Below are positions 41,259 to 49,772 of a stretch of DNA of 64,000 nucleotides, one piece after another. The stretch is taken from contig CAADYC010000089.1 in NCBI GenBank assembly GCA_900753165.1, forward strand, positions 13,371-77,370. The letters are read 5' to 3'. Position numbers and translations under genes: made by a program. The stretch comes from Clostridia bacterium. Its GTDB lineage: Bacteria > Bacillota > Clostridia > TANB77 > CAG-508. Every line of letters starts with the position of its first letter. The stretch's first letter is position 1. The notes below the pieces were generated by a model, which was not told the origin of the DNA, ran no database searches, and saw nothing but the letters and a program-made list of their open reading frames with translations.

Positions 41259-41291
41259 CTTGAAATCACATAAAATTTATGGTATAATGTT
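41259..41291 (+). promoter_or_regulatory. Promoter (TTGAAA ... TGGTATAAT) leading into a hairpin-rich, apparently noncoding leader (41292-41745)
   Basis: Extended -10 read directly. Downstream perfect hairpins TGTTACA/TGTAACA, ATATTACA/TGTAATAT, AGAGAGAA/TTCTCTCT, ATCAGCAG/CTGCTGAT. Confidence 0.35.
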
Positions 41292-41787
41292 GACAGATAG
41301 AAAAAGAAATGTTACAATTCTGTAACAGAAATATTACATTTATTTTAAATAATTGTAATATCTATTGACACAAATGAATAATAATATTATTATAATAAAA
41401 AAAGAAAGAGAGAACTATTTCTCTCTGTCTACCGTTTACCTAACTGAATTGGAGTTCTCCGCACGAACTTCAATTTTTTCTTTTGAGAAAGATAGGTATG
41501 TATTGTATCTTATTGTGGCACACAAAAACACAAAAAATCCAATTATAAATGCTATTAAAGCTCTACCGAGATATTTTATTGCTAAATCGTTGATGTTACT
41601 TTTTTCCAACTTTATCACTCCCTTCTTAGCAAAGTTTAAACTGCGGAACAGGTACAGTTTATCAACAGTTATGGAAGAAAACTGCCTTGCTATCAGCAGC
41701 ATAACTGCTGATTAATATACCTGTTGTTAGAGTGATATATAAACGATAGACACAATATATCAAAAAAAGAATATATTGTCAATAAAA

Positions 41788-41889
41788 TGTCGAAAATTCT
41801 GTGGATAATTTTGCAATGACTGTGGAAAAAATATTCGAAGCTGTGGATAACTTTGTAAAATAATGTAAAATCTTCGACACCGTTCGACA
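41788..41889. promoter_or_regulatory. Cluster: Spo0A box TGTCGAA (41788-41794); three DnaA-box-like 9-mers at exact 21-bp spacing (41800-41808 and 41842-41850 TGTGGATAA, 41821-41829 TGTGGAAAA); tandem Spo0A boxes TTCGACA (41873-41879, 41883-41889)
   Basis: Exact matches to the DnaA-box consensus TTATCCACA (reverse complement) and the 0A-box consensus TGNCGAA, read directly. Lies upstream of the TGTTATAAT -10 at 41908-41916. Confidence 0.5.
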
Positions 41890-41933
41890 CACATAATTAA
41901 CATAATATGTTATAATACAGATGAGGTGATGAT

Positions 41934-42113
41934 ATGAACGAAGCATATAACAAATCACTACAAATGATAAAATATTTAAAAATAAGATTAACAAGAAAGC
42001 AATATACAGAATTAGCAAAGAGATTCAATTTATTAAGTATACAGAGTTTACAATTTATATCAAAAAGAAGTTATGAAAGTATACTTACAGAAATACTGAA
42101 AGAAGTTGCATAA
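41934..42113 (+). CDS. Hypothetical 59-aa protein downstream of the DnaA/0A box cluster
   Basis: GAGGTGA RBS, ATG 41934, and a terminator at 42116-42144. Confidence 0.35.
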   Translation: MNEAYNKSLQMIKYLKIRLTRKQYTELAKRFNLLSIQSLQFISKRSYESILTEILKEVA

Positions 42114-42115
42114 TT

Positions 42116-42144
42116 TAAGTCCCGTTTGGGGCTTTTCTTTTTGT
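42116..42144 (+). terminator. Rho-independent terminator
   Basis: AAGTCCC-gttt-GGGGCTT followed by a T-run. Confidence 0.5.
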
Positions 42145-42487
42145 GTATAATTTTTTTGAGAATGTATATAATATAAACATGATTAATTATTATGAAAAAA
42201 GTAAAAAAGAATTTATAAAATATATAAAAAAGAATCCGTATGTGACAAGAGAAGAATGGGACGAATATGCTCATAAAAATTATTTATTCAGTGCATTTAC
42301 TTTGTGTTCTCATGAAATAACAGAAAATACATTAGAAATATTGCAAAAGCATAGTAAGAATGAGTTTGAATTTTTAAAAGAAATGTTTATAATAATTCCA
42401 GACAATCGTTTAATAATTTTGAAGAATAAAATAAAGAAAATTATTGGCTTAAAAAGAAAAAGCGAGGGAAAAGATGCAACAAGATAA
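42143..42487 (+). CDS. Hypothetical protein (start uncertain, possibly ATG 42179)
   Basis: 114-aa ORF. An extended -10 (TGTATATAAT) sits just upstream of 42179. Confidence 0.4.
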   Translation: MYNFFENVYNINMINYYEKSKKEFIKYIKKNPYVTREEWDEYAHKNYLFSAFTLCSHEITENTLEILQKHSKNEFEFLKEMFIIIPDNRLIILKNKIKKIIGLKRKSEGKDATR

Positions 42488-42848
42488 TGTAAAGAGAATA
42501 AAGAGTTTAAGAAATAAATTGCATAAAAGCATCAAAAAACACGGAGTAAATGCAGAAGAAACAAGAAAAATAAGCGATGAAATGGATAAGTTAATAAACG
42601 AATATTATAATAATATACAAAGAATAAGCTATCCTGCTGATAGCGAAATGAAAGTATATTATGAACAGTCATATAAGCAACTGAAAATCGTAACACAACA
42701 GTTAGAACGATTTCCGTCTACACAAGAGTGGAATAAATTTGCAAAAGAAAATTGTTTACTAAGTAGTATGTCTATGCAATATATTTCAAAACTGAACTGG
42801 AATTATTTAAGAGCTAAGGTTTTAAGAGAATTAAATATGGATATATAA
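42474..42848 (+). CDS. Spo0E-like (aspartyl-phosphate phosphatase family) protein with C-terminal extension
   Basis: N-terminal KRIKSLRNKLHKSIKKHGVNAEETRKISDEMDKLINEYY resembles the Spo0E family two-helix motif (..L...L.....G.....V...S..LD.LI.EY.). Confidence 0.5.
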   Translation: MQQDNVKRIKSLRNKLHKSIKKHGVNAEETRKISDEMDKLINEYYNNIQRISYPADSEMKVYYEQSYKQLKIVTQQLERFPSTQEWNKFAKENCLLSSMSMQYISKLNWNYLRAKVLRELNMDI

Positions 42849-42854
42849 AAAATA

Positions 42855-42890
42855 AAAAAATTTTTCCGCACAGTTATTGACTTTGCGGAC
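42855..42890 (+). terminator. Hairpin TCCGCA...TGCGGA plus T-run; TGTCGAA 0A-box-like 7-mer just downstream (42893-42899)
   Basis: Read directly. Confidence 0.4.
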
Positions 42891-43081
42891 TTTTTTGTCG
42901 AAAACGAGATTGGAAAACTTGACATTATTTTTCATTCATATAAAATAAGAAAGAAGAAGATAGTTGACGGCAATCTTTTATCTTCTTCTAACCACAAATT
43001 CATACTTAAAAATAAGTACATATACAGTATAACTTCTTAAGTATGAAATGTCAAATTTTTATATGAAAGAAGGTTTAAGCT

Positions 43082-43354
43082 ATGAAAGATGTAGTAAAAA
43101 ATGAAATAGTAAACGAAAATCAAAGAAAAATATTTACAAAAAATGATGGAAAGGGTATAATTTATAACAAGTATAATCTCTTAAATAAAAATTATTTTTA
43201 CGAAAGAGAGGGATTGTATATGAGAAAAACAGAAGATATTGTGTTAAAAAGATTAAATATTGTCGAAAGAGTATTTTTTAAGAAAAAATTCATTGAAATT
43301 TATAAAGAAGGTGTAAAAGCAGGTTTTAATTGGAATAATTGTAATGTTCGTTAA
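43082..43354 (+). CDS. Hypothetical protein, last prophage gene
   Basis: 90 aa. AAGGTTTAAG RBS-like. Confidence 0.4.
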   Translation: MKDVVKNEIVNENQRKIFTKNDGKGIIYNKYNLLNKNYFYEREGLYMRKTEDIVLKRLNIVERVFFKKKFIEIYKEGVKAGFNWNNCNVR

Positions 43355-43370
43355 TTATTGTTGCCCAGTT

Positions 43371-43390
43371 GAGGCACCAGAGGAAGAATA
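43371..43390. repeat. attR core: 20-bp copy of TTGCCCAGTTGAGGCACCAG
   Basis: Identical to 4256-4275. Followed by the native ferredoxin C-terminal codons (..APEEE stop at 43398-43400). Confidence 0.75.
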
Positions 43391-43404
43391 AAAATTTCGG
43401 GATT

Positions 43405-43441
43405 GGGGGACGGGTCTCCAATCCCGAAAAATATATTAATT
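43405..43441. repeat. REP-like GC-rich palindromic element (TTTCGGGATTGG-GGGACGGGTCT-CCAATCCCGAAA)
   Basis: Perfect 12-bp arms. Family members at 44007-44042, 46533-46568, 46582-46614, 59949-59983 and 60183-60217. Confidence 0.7.
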
Positions 43442-43611
43442 ATATTTTTTATCAAATAATTAAGTTTATGATTAGTTAAACTTAAAAATAAATTATTTTA
43501 AAAGTTTAGTTAAAAAATTTAATTCTAAATTTATTCATTAGTATATTAAAATCGGAAAAATTATCCATATAATTAGATTATTATAATATATATTTACTAG
43601 CATTTGCGATT

Positions 43612-43893
43612 ATGGAAAATCATGCACATCTTTTAATTAGATATGAAAAGATAGAAGATGTTTCAAATTGGATGCATGAAATAAATCAAACATTTGCACA
43701 AATCTATAATAAAGTAGAAAATAGAGTAGTGTATGTTTTTAGAGACAGATATAAATGTGAACAAATAAAAGATGAAAGCCATTTATATAATGTATTAGCA
43801 TATATACATTTTAATCCTTACAAAGCTAAATTAATTGAGAAATTAGCAGACTATAAATATTCATCATATGTAGATTATAACAAAGGAAAATAA
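43612..43893 (+). pseudogene. IS200/IS605-family (RAYT-like Y1) transposase, N-terminally truncated remnant
   Basis: NHAHLLI (HxH), ..SYV.. and the catalytic-Tyr region are present, but ~50 N-terminal residues are absent. Flanked by inverted REP-like elements. Confidence 0.55.
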
Positions 43894-44006
43894 TTTATTA
43901 ATAAATCTTATTTTTGAATTAGAAAATAAGACTAATTTAAATGATAAACAGATTGCAGAAGTATTGGAAATAGGAAAAAATAGAATAGGATATCTTAAAA
44001 ATAAAT

Positions 44007-44042
44007 TAAAATAAAAAATCGGGATTGAAGACCCGTCCCCAA
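44007..44042. repeat. REP-like element, inverted relative to 43405-43441
   Basis: ATCGGGATT-GAAGACCCGTCCCC-AAATCCCGA. Confidence 0.7.
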
Positions 44043-44054
44043 ATCCCGAAATTT

Positions 44055-45005
44055 TTATCTATTTGTAATTTCTTCCAAATTTAAAAGTTCTTGCCATCTT
44101 GCATCAACCTCTTTTTGGAATTCTTCAATCATCCACTCATTACCAGGTTTAAACATATGCTTAAATCTCTTTTGAGGTTTCAAGAATTCTTCAATAGGAA
44201 GTTTTTTAGCAGGCTTATAAGAAATATGATAAACACCGTCAACAACTTCATATAAAGGCCAATAGCAAGTTTCAACAGCTAATTTATTAATTTTCATTAA
44301 ATCTTCTGTTGCATATCCCCAACCTCTAGGGCATGGAGCCATAACATTTAAAAATGTTGGACCTTCTGTATAAATTGCCTTTTCAGCTTTTTCATATAAA
44401 TCTTTCATATTATTTACTGCAATTGATTGTGCAACATATGGTAAGTGATGTCCTACCATTATTTTTGTTAAATCTTTTCTTGATTGCATTTTACCAGGGA
44501 TAACTTTTCCAGCAGGTGATGTAGTTGTGTCTGCAAATTTTGGTGTTGCAGATGAACGTTGGATACCTGTGTTCATGTATGCACCATTGTCATAACATAC
44601 ATATAACATGTCATGACCTCTTTCCATTGCACCTGATAGTGATTGTAAACCAATGTCATAAGTTCCACCATCTCCACCAAATGCGATGAATTTTGTGTGT
44701 TCATCTTCTGGTAATTTTCCTTGTTTTTTAAGTGATTTGTATGCGGCTTCTACTCCTGATAAAGTAGCAGATGTGCATTCAAATGCTGTATGGATAAATG
44801 AATCTGTCCAAGCTGTGTATGGGTAAATAAATGTTGATACTTCCATACATCCAGTTGCAGTTGATATTACTGCGTGGTCTTCTTCTTTTAGTGCTCTTAA
44901 AATGTGTCTTGCAACAACAGGTGCTCCACATCCGGCACACATTCTATGACCTTCTGTAAATCTTGAAGGCTTGTTTGCAACTATTTCTTTAACATTATAT
45001 GCCAT
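44055..45005 (-). CDS. porB: 2-oxoacid:ferredoxin oxidoreductase beta subunit (TPP-binding)
   Basis: GDGG..D TPP motif (FGGDGGTYDIG), Cys ligands. Last gene of the gamma-delta-alpha-beta operon. Confidence 0.8.
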   Translation of the reverse strand: MAYNVKEIVANKPSRFTEGHRMCAGCGAPVVARHILRALKEEDHAVISTATGCMEVSTFIYPYTAWTDSFIHTAFECTSATLSGVEAAYKSLKKQGKLPEDEHTKFIAFGGDGGTYDIGLQSLSGAMERGHDMLYVCYDNGAYMNTGIQRSSATPKFADTTTSPAGKVIPGKMQSRKDLTKIMVGHHLPYVAQSIAVNNMKDLYEKAEKAIYTEGPTFLNVMAPCPRGWGYATEDLMKINKLAVETCYWPLYEVVDGVYHISYKPAKKLPIEEFLKPQKRFKHMFKPGNEWMIEEFQKEVDARWQELLNLEEITNR

Positions 45006-45007
45006 AA

Positions 45008-46207
45008 TTATTTACCCCCTTTCATATTTGAACGTAAACCTAAATATCTATAAGGATTTTCAACTTTTTCGTCTTTAGCAATTTCAGCTAAATCTGTATA
45101 AACTGAATTGATTTCTTTTTCTGTTGTGTCTCTACCACCAATTCCATAAACATAATTAACAACTGGAACATTTTGTTTTGCAACATACATGCTAGAAACA
45201 ACATCTTCAAATAAAGCTCCACCAATAGCATTTAAAGAATCAGATTTATCTAATACTGCAACAGCTTTTAAATGTGATAATGCTTTTGCAACTTCTTCAC
45301 CAGGGAATGGTCTGTAAACTCTGATTTTTAATAAACCAGCTTTAACACCTTGCTCTCTTAATTTATCAACAACAGCTTTTGTTGTACCAGCAGTTGAGTT
45401 CATACAAACAATTGCAATTTCTGCATCATCTAATTTATATTCTTCAAATAAATCATAATGTCTACCAGTCCATTTTTCGAACTCTTTTGAAACATCTAAA
45501 ATAACTTGTTTTGCAGCTTTCATAGCATTTCCTTGTTGAGCTTTGTGTTCAAAAAGATATGCTTGTAAATCTAATGGACCAATTGCCATTGGTTCCTTTT
45601 TATTTAATAAATAATGTTCAGGGTGATATTCACCAACAAACTTTTTAACATCTTCGTCATTTTCTAATTCAATATTTTCAATTGAATGTGATGTTATAAA
45701 TCCGTCTTGACAAATCATAATTGGAAGTTGAACATCTTTATTTTCAGCAATTTTGTGAGCCATTAAGTTATTATCATAAGCCTCTTGATTATTTTCTGAA
45801 AATAACATTATCCAACCAGCGTCACGAACACCCATTGCATCTGAATGGTCATTGTGTATGTTAAGTGGACCAGATACGGCTCTGTTAACTAAGTTCATAA
45901 CAATTGGAAGCCTTAAACTTGAAGCAATGTAAATCATTTCCCACATTAAAGACAAACCGTTTGCAGATGTAGCAGTCATTGCTCTTGAACCTGCGGCTTC
46001 TGCACCAATACAAGCACTCATAGCACTATGTTCACTTTCAACAGCAACGAATTCAGTATCAACTGAACCATTTGCAACAAATGTTGAAAAATATTGAGGA
46101 ATTTCTGTTGATGGTGTGATAGGGAAAGCAGCAACAACATCAGGATTAATTTGTTTCATAGCAGTTGCAACAGCCTCATTACCACTTAATCTTTCTCTTA
46201 TACTCAT
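45008..46207 (-). CDS. porA: 2-oxoacid:ferredoxin oxidoreductase alpha subunit
   Basis: 399 aa. ATGA-type overlap with the delta subunit. Pyruvate-flavodoxin/ferredoxin oxidoreductase domain I/II features. Confidence 0.8.
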   Translation of the reverse strand: MSIRERLSGNEAVATAMKQINPDVVAAFPITPSTEIPQYFSTFVANGSVDTEFVAVESEHSAMSACIGAEAAGSRAMTATSANGLSLMWEMIYIASSLRLPIVMNLVNRAVSGPLNIHNDHSDAMGVRDAGWIMLFSENNQEAYDNNLMAHKIAENKDVQLPIMICQDGFITSHSIENIELENDEDVKKFVGEYHPEHYLLNKKEPMAIGPLDLQAYLFEHKAQQGNAMKAAKQVILDVSKEFEKWTGRHYDLFEEYKLDDAEIAIVCMNSTAGTTKAVVDKLREQGVKAGLLKIRVYRPFPGEEVAKALSHLKAVAVLDKSDSLNAIGGALFEDVVSSMYVAKQNVPVVNYVYGIGGRDTTEKEINSVYTDLAEIAKDEKVENPYRYLGLRSNMKGGK

Positions 46208-46518
46208 TATTCAGCACCTTCTTCCTTCATAACAATTGCACCAAATGGGCACGCTTTAGCACAAACGCCACATCCTTTACAATAATCATAATTAAAATCT
46301 TCTCTTTTTAAAGAACCTTTGCAAACAGGAATACTATTATCTGGACAAACAGGGTAGCATAATCCACATTGTTTACATTTTTCTTCTATCCATACAGGTT
46401 TAAGACTTCTCCAGTCACCAGTTTTGAATTCTCTGGCATTACCTGCTTCATATATATTTCCACCTATTGTTAAATCTTCCATAGGTGTTGTTTTATCTAT
46501 ATTTGACATCTTTTTCAC
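46207..46518 (-). CDS. porD: 2-oxoacid:ferredoxin oxidoreductase delta subunit (2x[4Fe-4S])
   Basis: CKQCGLCYPVCP and CKGCGVCAKACP motifs. Confidence 0.8.
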   Translation of the reverse strand: MKKMSNIDKTTPMEDLTIGGNIYEAGNAREFKTGDWRSLKPVWIEEKCKQCGLCYPVCPDNSIPVCKGSLKREDFNYDYCKGCGVCAKACPFGAIVMKEEGAE

Positions 46519-46532
46519 CTTTCCTTGTAAAA

Positions 46533-46614
46533 AATCGGGATTAGGGGACGGGGCTTTAATCCCGATTTTTTAAAAACTTTTTTCGGGATTGAAGACCCGT
46601 CCCCTAATCCCGTT
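46533..46614. repeat. Two tandem REP-like elements in opposite orientations
   Basis: ATCGGGATTAGGGGACGGGGCTTTAATCCCGAT and TCGGGATTGAAGACCCGTCCCCTAATCCCG. Confidence 0.7.
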
Positions 46615-47191
46615 AAATTTTCTTAACTTCTTTTAAAGCCATTTCTAAGGCTTTCATGTTTCCATCAATAACTTCTGGTTTTTTAGCAAATTTATGTTTA
46701 AAAGAACCTTTCATATCTTCTAAGAAAGCTTCGTCAGACATAATTCCGCTAACTTTAACAATTGCAGCAAGCATAGGTGTATTTGGAAAATATCTTCCTA
46801 ATGCTTCAATTGATATTTTTCTTGCATCTATTGTGTAAACATAACCTTTGTAACCATTTAATACACTTCTTAAATAGTCTGCAGATTTTGTTGTATTAAT
46901 TACAATTGCACCTGTTTCTTTTAGACCTGCTGTTACTGGAACAGTTTCTAATAATGTGTCATCAACAACAACAACATAGTCTGGTTCATAGATGTTGCTG
47001 TGAACTGTAATGGGTTTGTCACTAATTCTGTTATAAGCAGTAATCGGTGCTCCCATTCTTTCTGGTCCATATTCAGGGAAACCTTGAATGTATTTTCCAG
47101 TATTAAATGCGGCGTCAGCTAATAGTAATGATGCTGTTTTTGCACCTTGACCACCTCTACCGTGCCATCTAATTTCTATTAGGTTATTCAT
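46613..47191 (-). CDS. porC: 2-oxoacid:ferredoxin oxidoreductase gamma subunit
   Basis: IRWHGRGGQG motif. Start ATG with an AAGGAGG RBS. Confidence 0.8.
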   Translation of the reverse strand: MNNLIEIRWHGRGGQGAKTASLLLADAAFNTGKYIQGFPEYGPERMGAPITAYNRISDKPITVHSNIYEPDYVVVVDDTLLETVPVTAGLKETGAIVINTTKSADYLRSVLNGYKGYVYTIDARKISIEALGRYFPNTPMLAAIVKVSGIMSDEAFLEDMKGSFKHKFAKKPEVIDGNMKALEMALKEVKKI

Positions 47192-47376
47192 AATATTATT
47201 GCCTCCTTTAAAATATATCAAATAAAAATACTAAGTACTTAAAATTTATGTTAGAGTATTTGATTTTGTGTGACTTATGTACACGTAGTTTATGTGTCTA
47301 GTATATGCCAAAAATAGAGTGATGTCAAGGGATTTTTTTGTACGAAGGAGTCGAAAAAAGTAAGTAGAATAAATAA

Positions 47377-47404
47377 AAAGCAAGAAAAATTATCTTGCTT
47401 TTAA
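47377..47404. terminator. Hairpin AAAGCAAGA-aaaatta-TCTTGCTTT, nearly identical to the one at 49741-49772
   Basis: Read directly. A/T runs on both sides. Confidence 0.55.
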
Positions 47405-47426
47405 ATATCAATTAAAGAAATATAAA

Positions 47427-47651
47427 TTAAGAAATATTTTTATTATTATCTATACTAATTAATTCTGATATATCACATTCTAAATATTTGCATAAATCTT
47501 CAAGGCATTTAAAAGATATAGAAGATGTTTCACCATTTATAATTCTATTTAAATTTCTATTTGTTATATTCATATTTTGGCAAAGCCAATATTTTGATTT
47601 TTTTCTTTTTTTCAATAATTTTTCTATATTAAAATTCAACATAAAATTCAC
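47427..47651 (-). CDS. XRE-family HTH regulator
   Basis: KSKYWLCQNMNITNRNLNRIINGE helix-turn-helix. Divergent from the RCC1-repeat gene. Confidence 0.5.
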   Translation of the reverse strand: MNFMLNFNIEKLLKKRKKSKYWLCQNMNITNRNLNRIINGETSSISFKCLEDLCKYLECDISELISIDNNKNIS

Positions 47652-47772
47652 CTCGAAAAAATTTTACAACAAAAGAAAAATATAAATAAGCTATTTACAA
47701 GTATGCTATTTGCATGTATAATTAATATAATGATGACAAATAAATTTTAAATCAAAATAGAGGAGGATACAT

Positions 47773-49725
47773 ATGAAAAAATTAAAGAAAAACGAAGCGA
47801 TAACACTAGTAGCCCTAGTAGTAACAATTATCATCTTGTTGATGCTTGCGGGAATAACAATATCAACAATAGGTGGAGAAAATGGACTATTTACAAGAGT
47901 GAAATTAGGAAAAGAAAGATATGCAATATCTGAAGCAAAAGAAAAGTTGGAATTGGAGATAACAAATTTGCAAATAGAACAGCAGGGAAAAGGAGAGGAA
48001 TTAAAAAAAGAAGATTTGCCAAAAATAAATAATGACGAAATAGATGTACGCGACACAACAAATTTTCCTGTAGAAGTAATATATAAAAACTACAAATTTG
48101 AAGTAGATAGTAATTTTCAGGTTACATATGTCGGTGAAGCAAATGGGACAATTATAACGTATACAACAGAACCAAATGGTTATACGAATCAAAACAAAGT
48201 AAAAGTTTTGGTAACAATAAGCAACCCTAAAGGAATAAAATCAATATTAAAACCTGGAGAAACAGACAAAATATTACCACAAGATAGAACAACAGCGGGA
48301 ATCGAATTTACAGTAACAAAAAATGGACATTATATTTTGAAAGTGGAAGATATTGATGGAAATGAAGTTTTTAAAGATATTTATATTGAGTTGATTGATA
48401 CACTAACTCCAGGTGAATTTACACCAGAAATTCAAAAGGCAGACAGTAGTATTACAGTAATTGAAAATGGAAAAGATGCAGAAGCAACAGAAGAAAGTTG
48501 TAAAAGTGGTATTGACCATTATGAATATTATTTAATAGATTCAAGTAATAAAGAAACAAAATATGAAACTAATAAGATAGAAAATCTAGCTTTAGGAAGT
48601 TATAAATTATATGTTGTAGCATTTGATAAAGCTGGGAATAATAAAAAATCTAGTATAATAGAGTTTAAATTATCAAGAAGATTTAAGATGGTTGAGACAG
48701 GTGGATTTCATACTTTAGCTATAGATACAGAAGGAAATTTATGGGCATGGGGGCAAAATCCTTATGGACAATTAGGAGATGGAACAACAGTAAATAGAAC
48801 AAATCCAGTGCAAATAAAATCGGAAATAAAATTTAAAGAAATATCAGTAGGGAGATCTCATAGTGTGGCGATAGATATAGAAGGAAATTTATGGACATGG
48901 GGAAGAAACGATTATGGACAATTAGGAGATGGAACAACAACAAATAGAACAAGTCCAGTACAAATAAAAGCAGGGACAAAGTTTATTAAAATATCTGCTG
49001 AGGATGATAGAAGCTTAGCAATAGATATAGAAGGAAATTTATGGGCTTGGGGAAATAATTACCGTGGACAATTAGGAGATGGAACAACAACAAATAGAAC
49101 AAGTCCAGTACAAATAAAAAGCAACACAAAATTTGCAAAAATATCTATTGGTGTTAAATATAGTGTGGCAATAGATATAGAAGGAAATTTATGGACGTGG
49201 GGGATTAATGATAAAGGACAATTAGGAAATGGAACAACAACAGATAAAATGACACCAATACAAATAAAAGATGATACGAAATTTTTAAAAATTTCGGCGG
49301 GAAGAGCTGGACATGTTTTAGCTATAGATGTTGAAGGAAATTTGTGGGCATGGGGGCAAAATCCTTATGGACAATTAGGAGATGGAACAACGACAAATAG
49401 AACTATACCAGAACAAGTGAAACCAGACATGAAATTTTCTGAAATATCAGCAGGAAATACGCATAGTATAGCAATAGATGATAAAGGAAATTTATGGGCT
49501 TGGGGAAATAATTACCGTGGACAATTAGGAGATGGAACAACAACAAATAGAACAACTCCAGTACAAATAAAAGCAGGTATAAAATTTACAAATGTATGTG
49601 CAAGAGGAAATGATTCTAGTTTTGCATTAGATAGTGGAAACTATTTATGGGCATGGGGGTATAATTATAATGGTCAACTAGGAGATGGAACAACAGTTAA
49701 TAAATTGGAACCAGTTGAAATCTAG
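47773..49725 (+). CDS. Secreted/anchored protein with N-terminal hydrophobic anchor, Ig-like middle region and eight RCC1 (ATS1) repeats
   Basis: N-terminus KKNEAITLVALVVTIIILLMLAGI. Repeats of IDIEGNLWAWG.N.YGQLGDGTT.NRT.PVQIK. Confidence 0.7.
   Translation: MKKLKKNEAITLVALVVTIIILLMLAGITISTIGGENGLFTRVKLGKERYAISEAKEKLELEITNLQIEQQGKGEELKKEDLPKINNDEIDVRDTTNFPVEVIYKNYKFEVDSNFQVTYVGEANGTIITYTTEPNGYTNQNKVKVLVTISNPKGIKSILKPGETDKILPQDRTTAGIEFTVTKNGHYILKVEDIDGNEVFKDIYIELIDTLTPGEFTPEIQKADSSITVIENGKDAEATEESCKSGIDHYEYYLIDSSNKETKYETNKIENLALGSYKLYVVAFDKAGNNKKSSIIEFKLSRRFKMVETGGFHTLAIDTEGNLWAWGQNPYGQLGDGTTVNRTNPVQIKSEIKFKEISVGRSHSVAIDIEGNLWTWGRNDYGQLGDGTTTNRTSPVQIKAGTKFIKISAEDDRSLAIDIEGNLWAWGNNYRGQLGDGTTTNRTSPVQIKSNTKFAKISIGVKYSVAIDIEGNLWTWGINDKGQLGNGTTTDKMTPIQIKDDTKFLKISAGRAGHVLAIDVEGNLWAWGQNPYGQLGDGTTTNRTIPEQVKPDMKFSEISAGNTHSIAIDDKGNLWAWGNNYRGQLGDGTTTNRTTPVQIKAGIKFTNVCARGNDSSFALDSGNYLWAWGYNYNGQLGDGTTVNKLEPVEI
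48700..49700 (+). repeat. Eight tandem ~150-bp coding repeats (RCC1 blades) with long near-identical DNA stretches
   Basis: ATAGATATAGAAGGAAATTTATGG..TGGGG and GGACAATTAGGAGATGGAACAACAACAAATAGAAC recur eight times. Confidence 0.7.
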
Positions 49726-49740
49726 ATAAAAATTAAAATT

Positions 49741-49772
49741 AAAAAGCAAGAAAAATTTCTTGCTTTTTGTTA
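49741..49772 (+). terminator. Rho-independent terminator AAAGCAAGA-aaaattt-CTTGCTTTTTG
   Basis: Near-identical to 47377-47404. Confidence 0.6.

Noticed and set aside
41365-41715. Overlapping ORFs 41365-41715 (plus) and 41436-41702 (minus)
   Set aside because: Mutually exclusive, weak or no RBS, implausible products. The region is dominated by perfect hairpins and is treated as noncoding.
43894-44006. Short HTH-like reading frame (..NDKQIAEVLEIGKNRIGYLKNKLK) after the IS200 remnant
   Set aside because: About 30 codons with an upstream stop and no start or RBS. It is probably another fragment of a decayed mobile element, not a gene.
48700-49700. Regularly spaced DNA repeats that could be mistaken for a CRISPR array
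   Set aside because: Repeats are ~150 bp, in frame, and encode RCC1 blades of one long protein. No short spacers and no cas genes.
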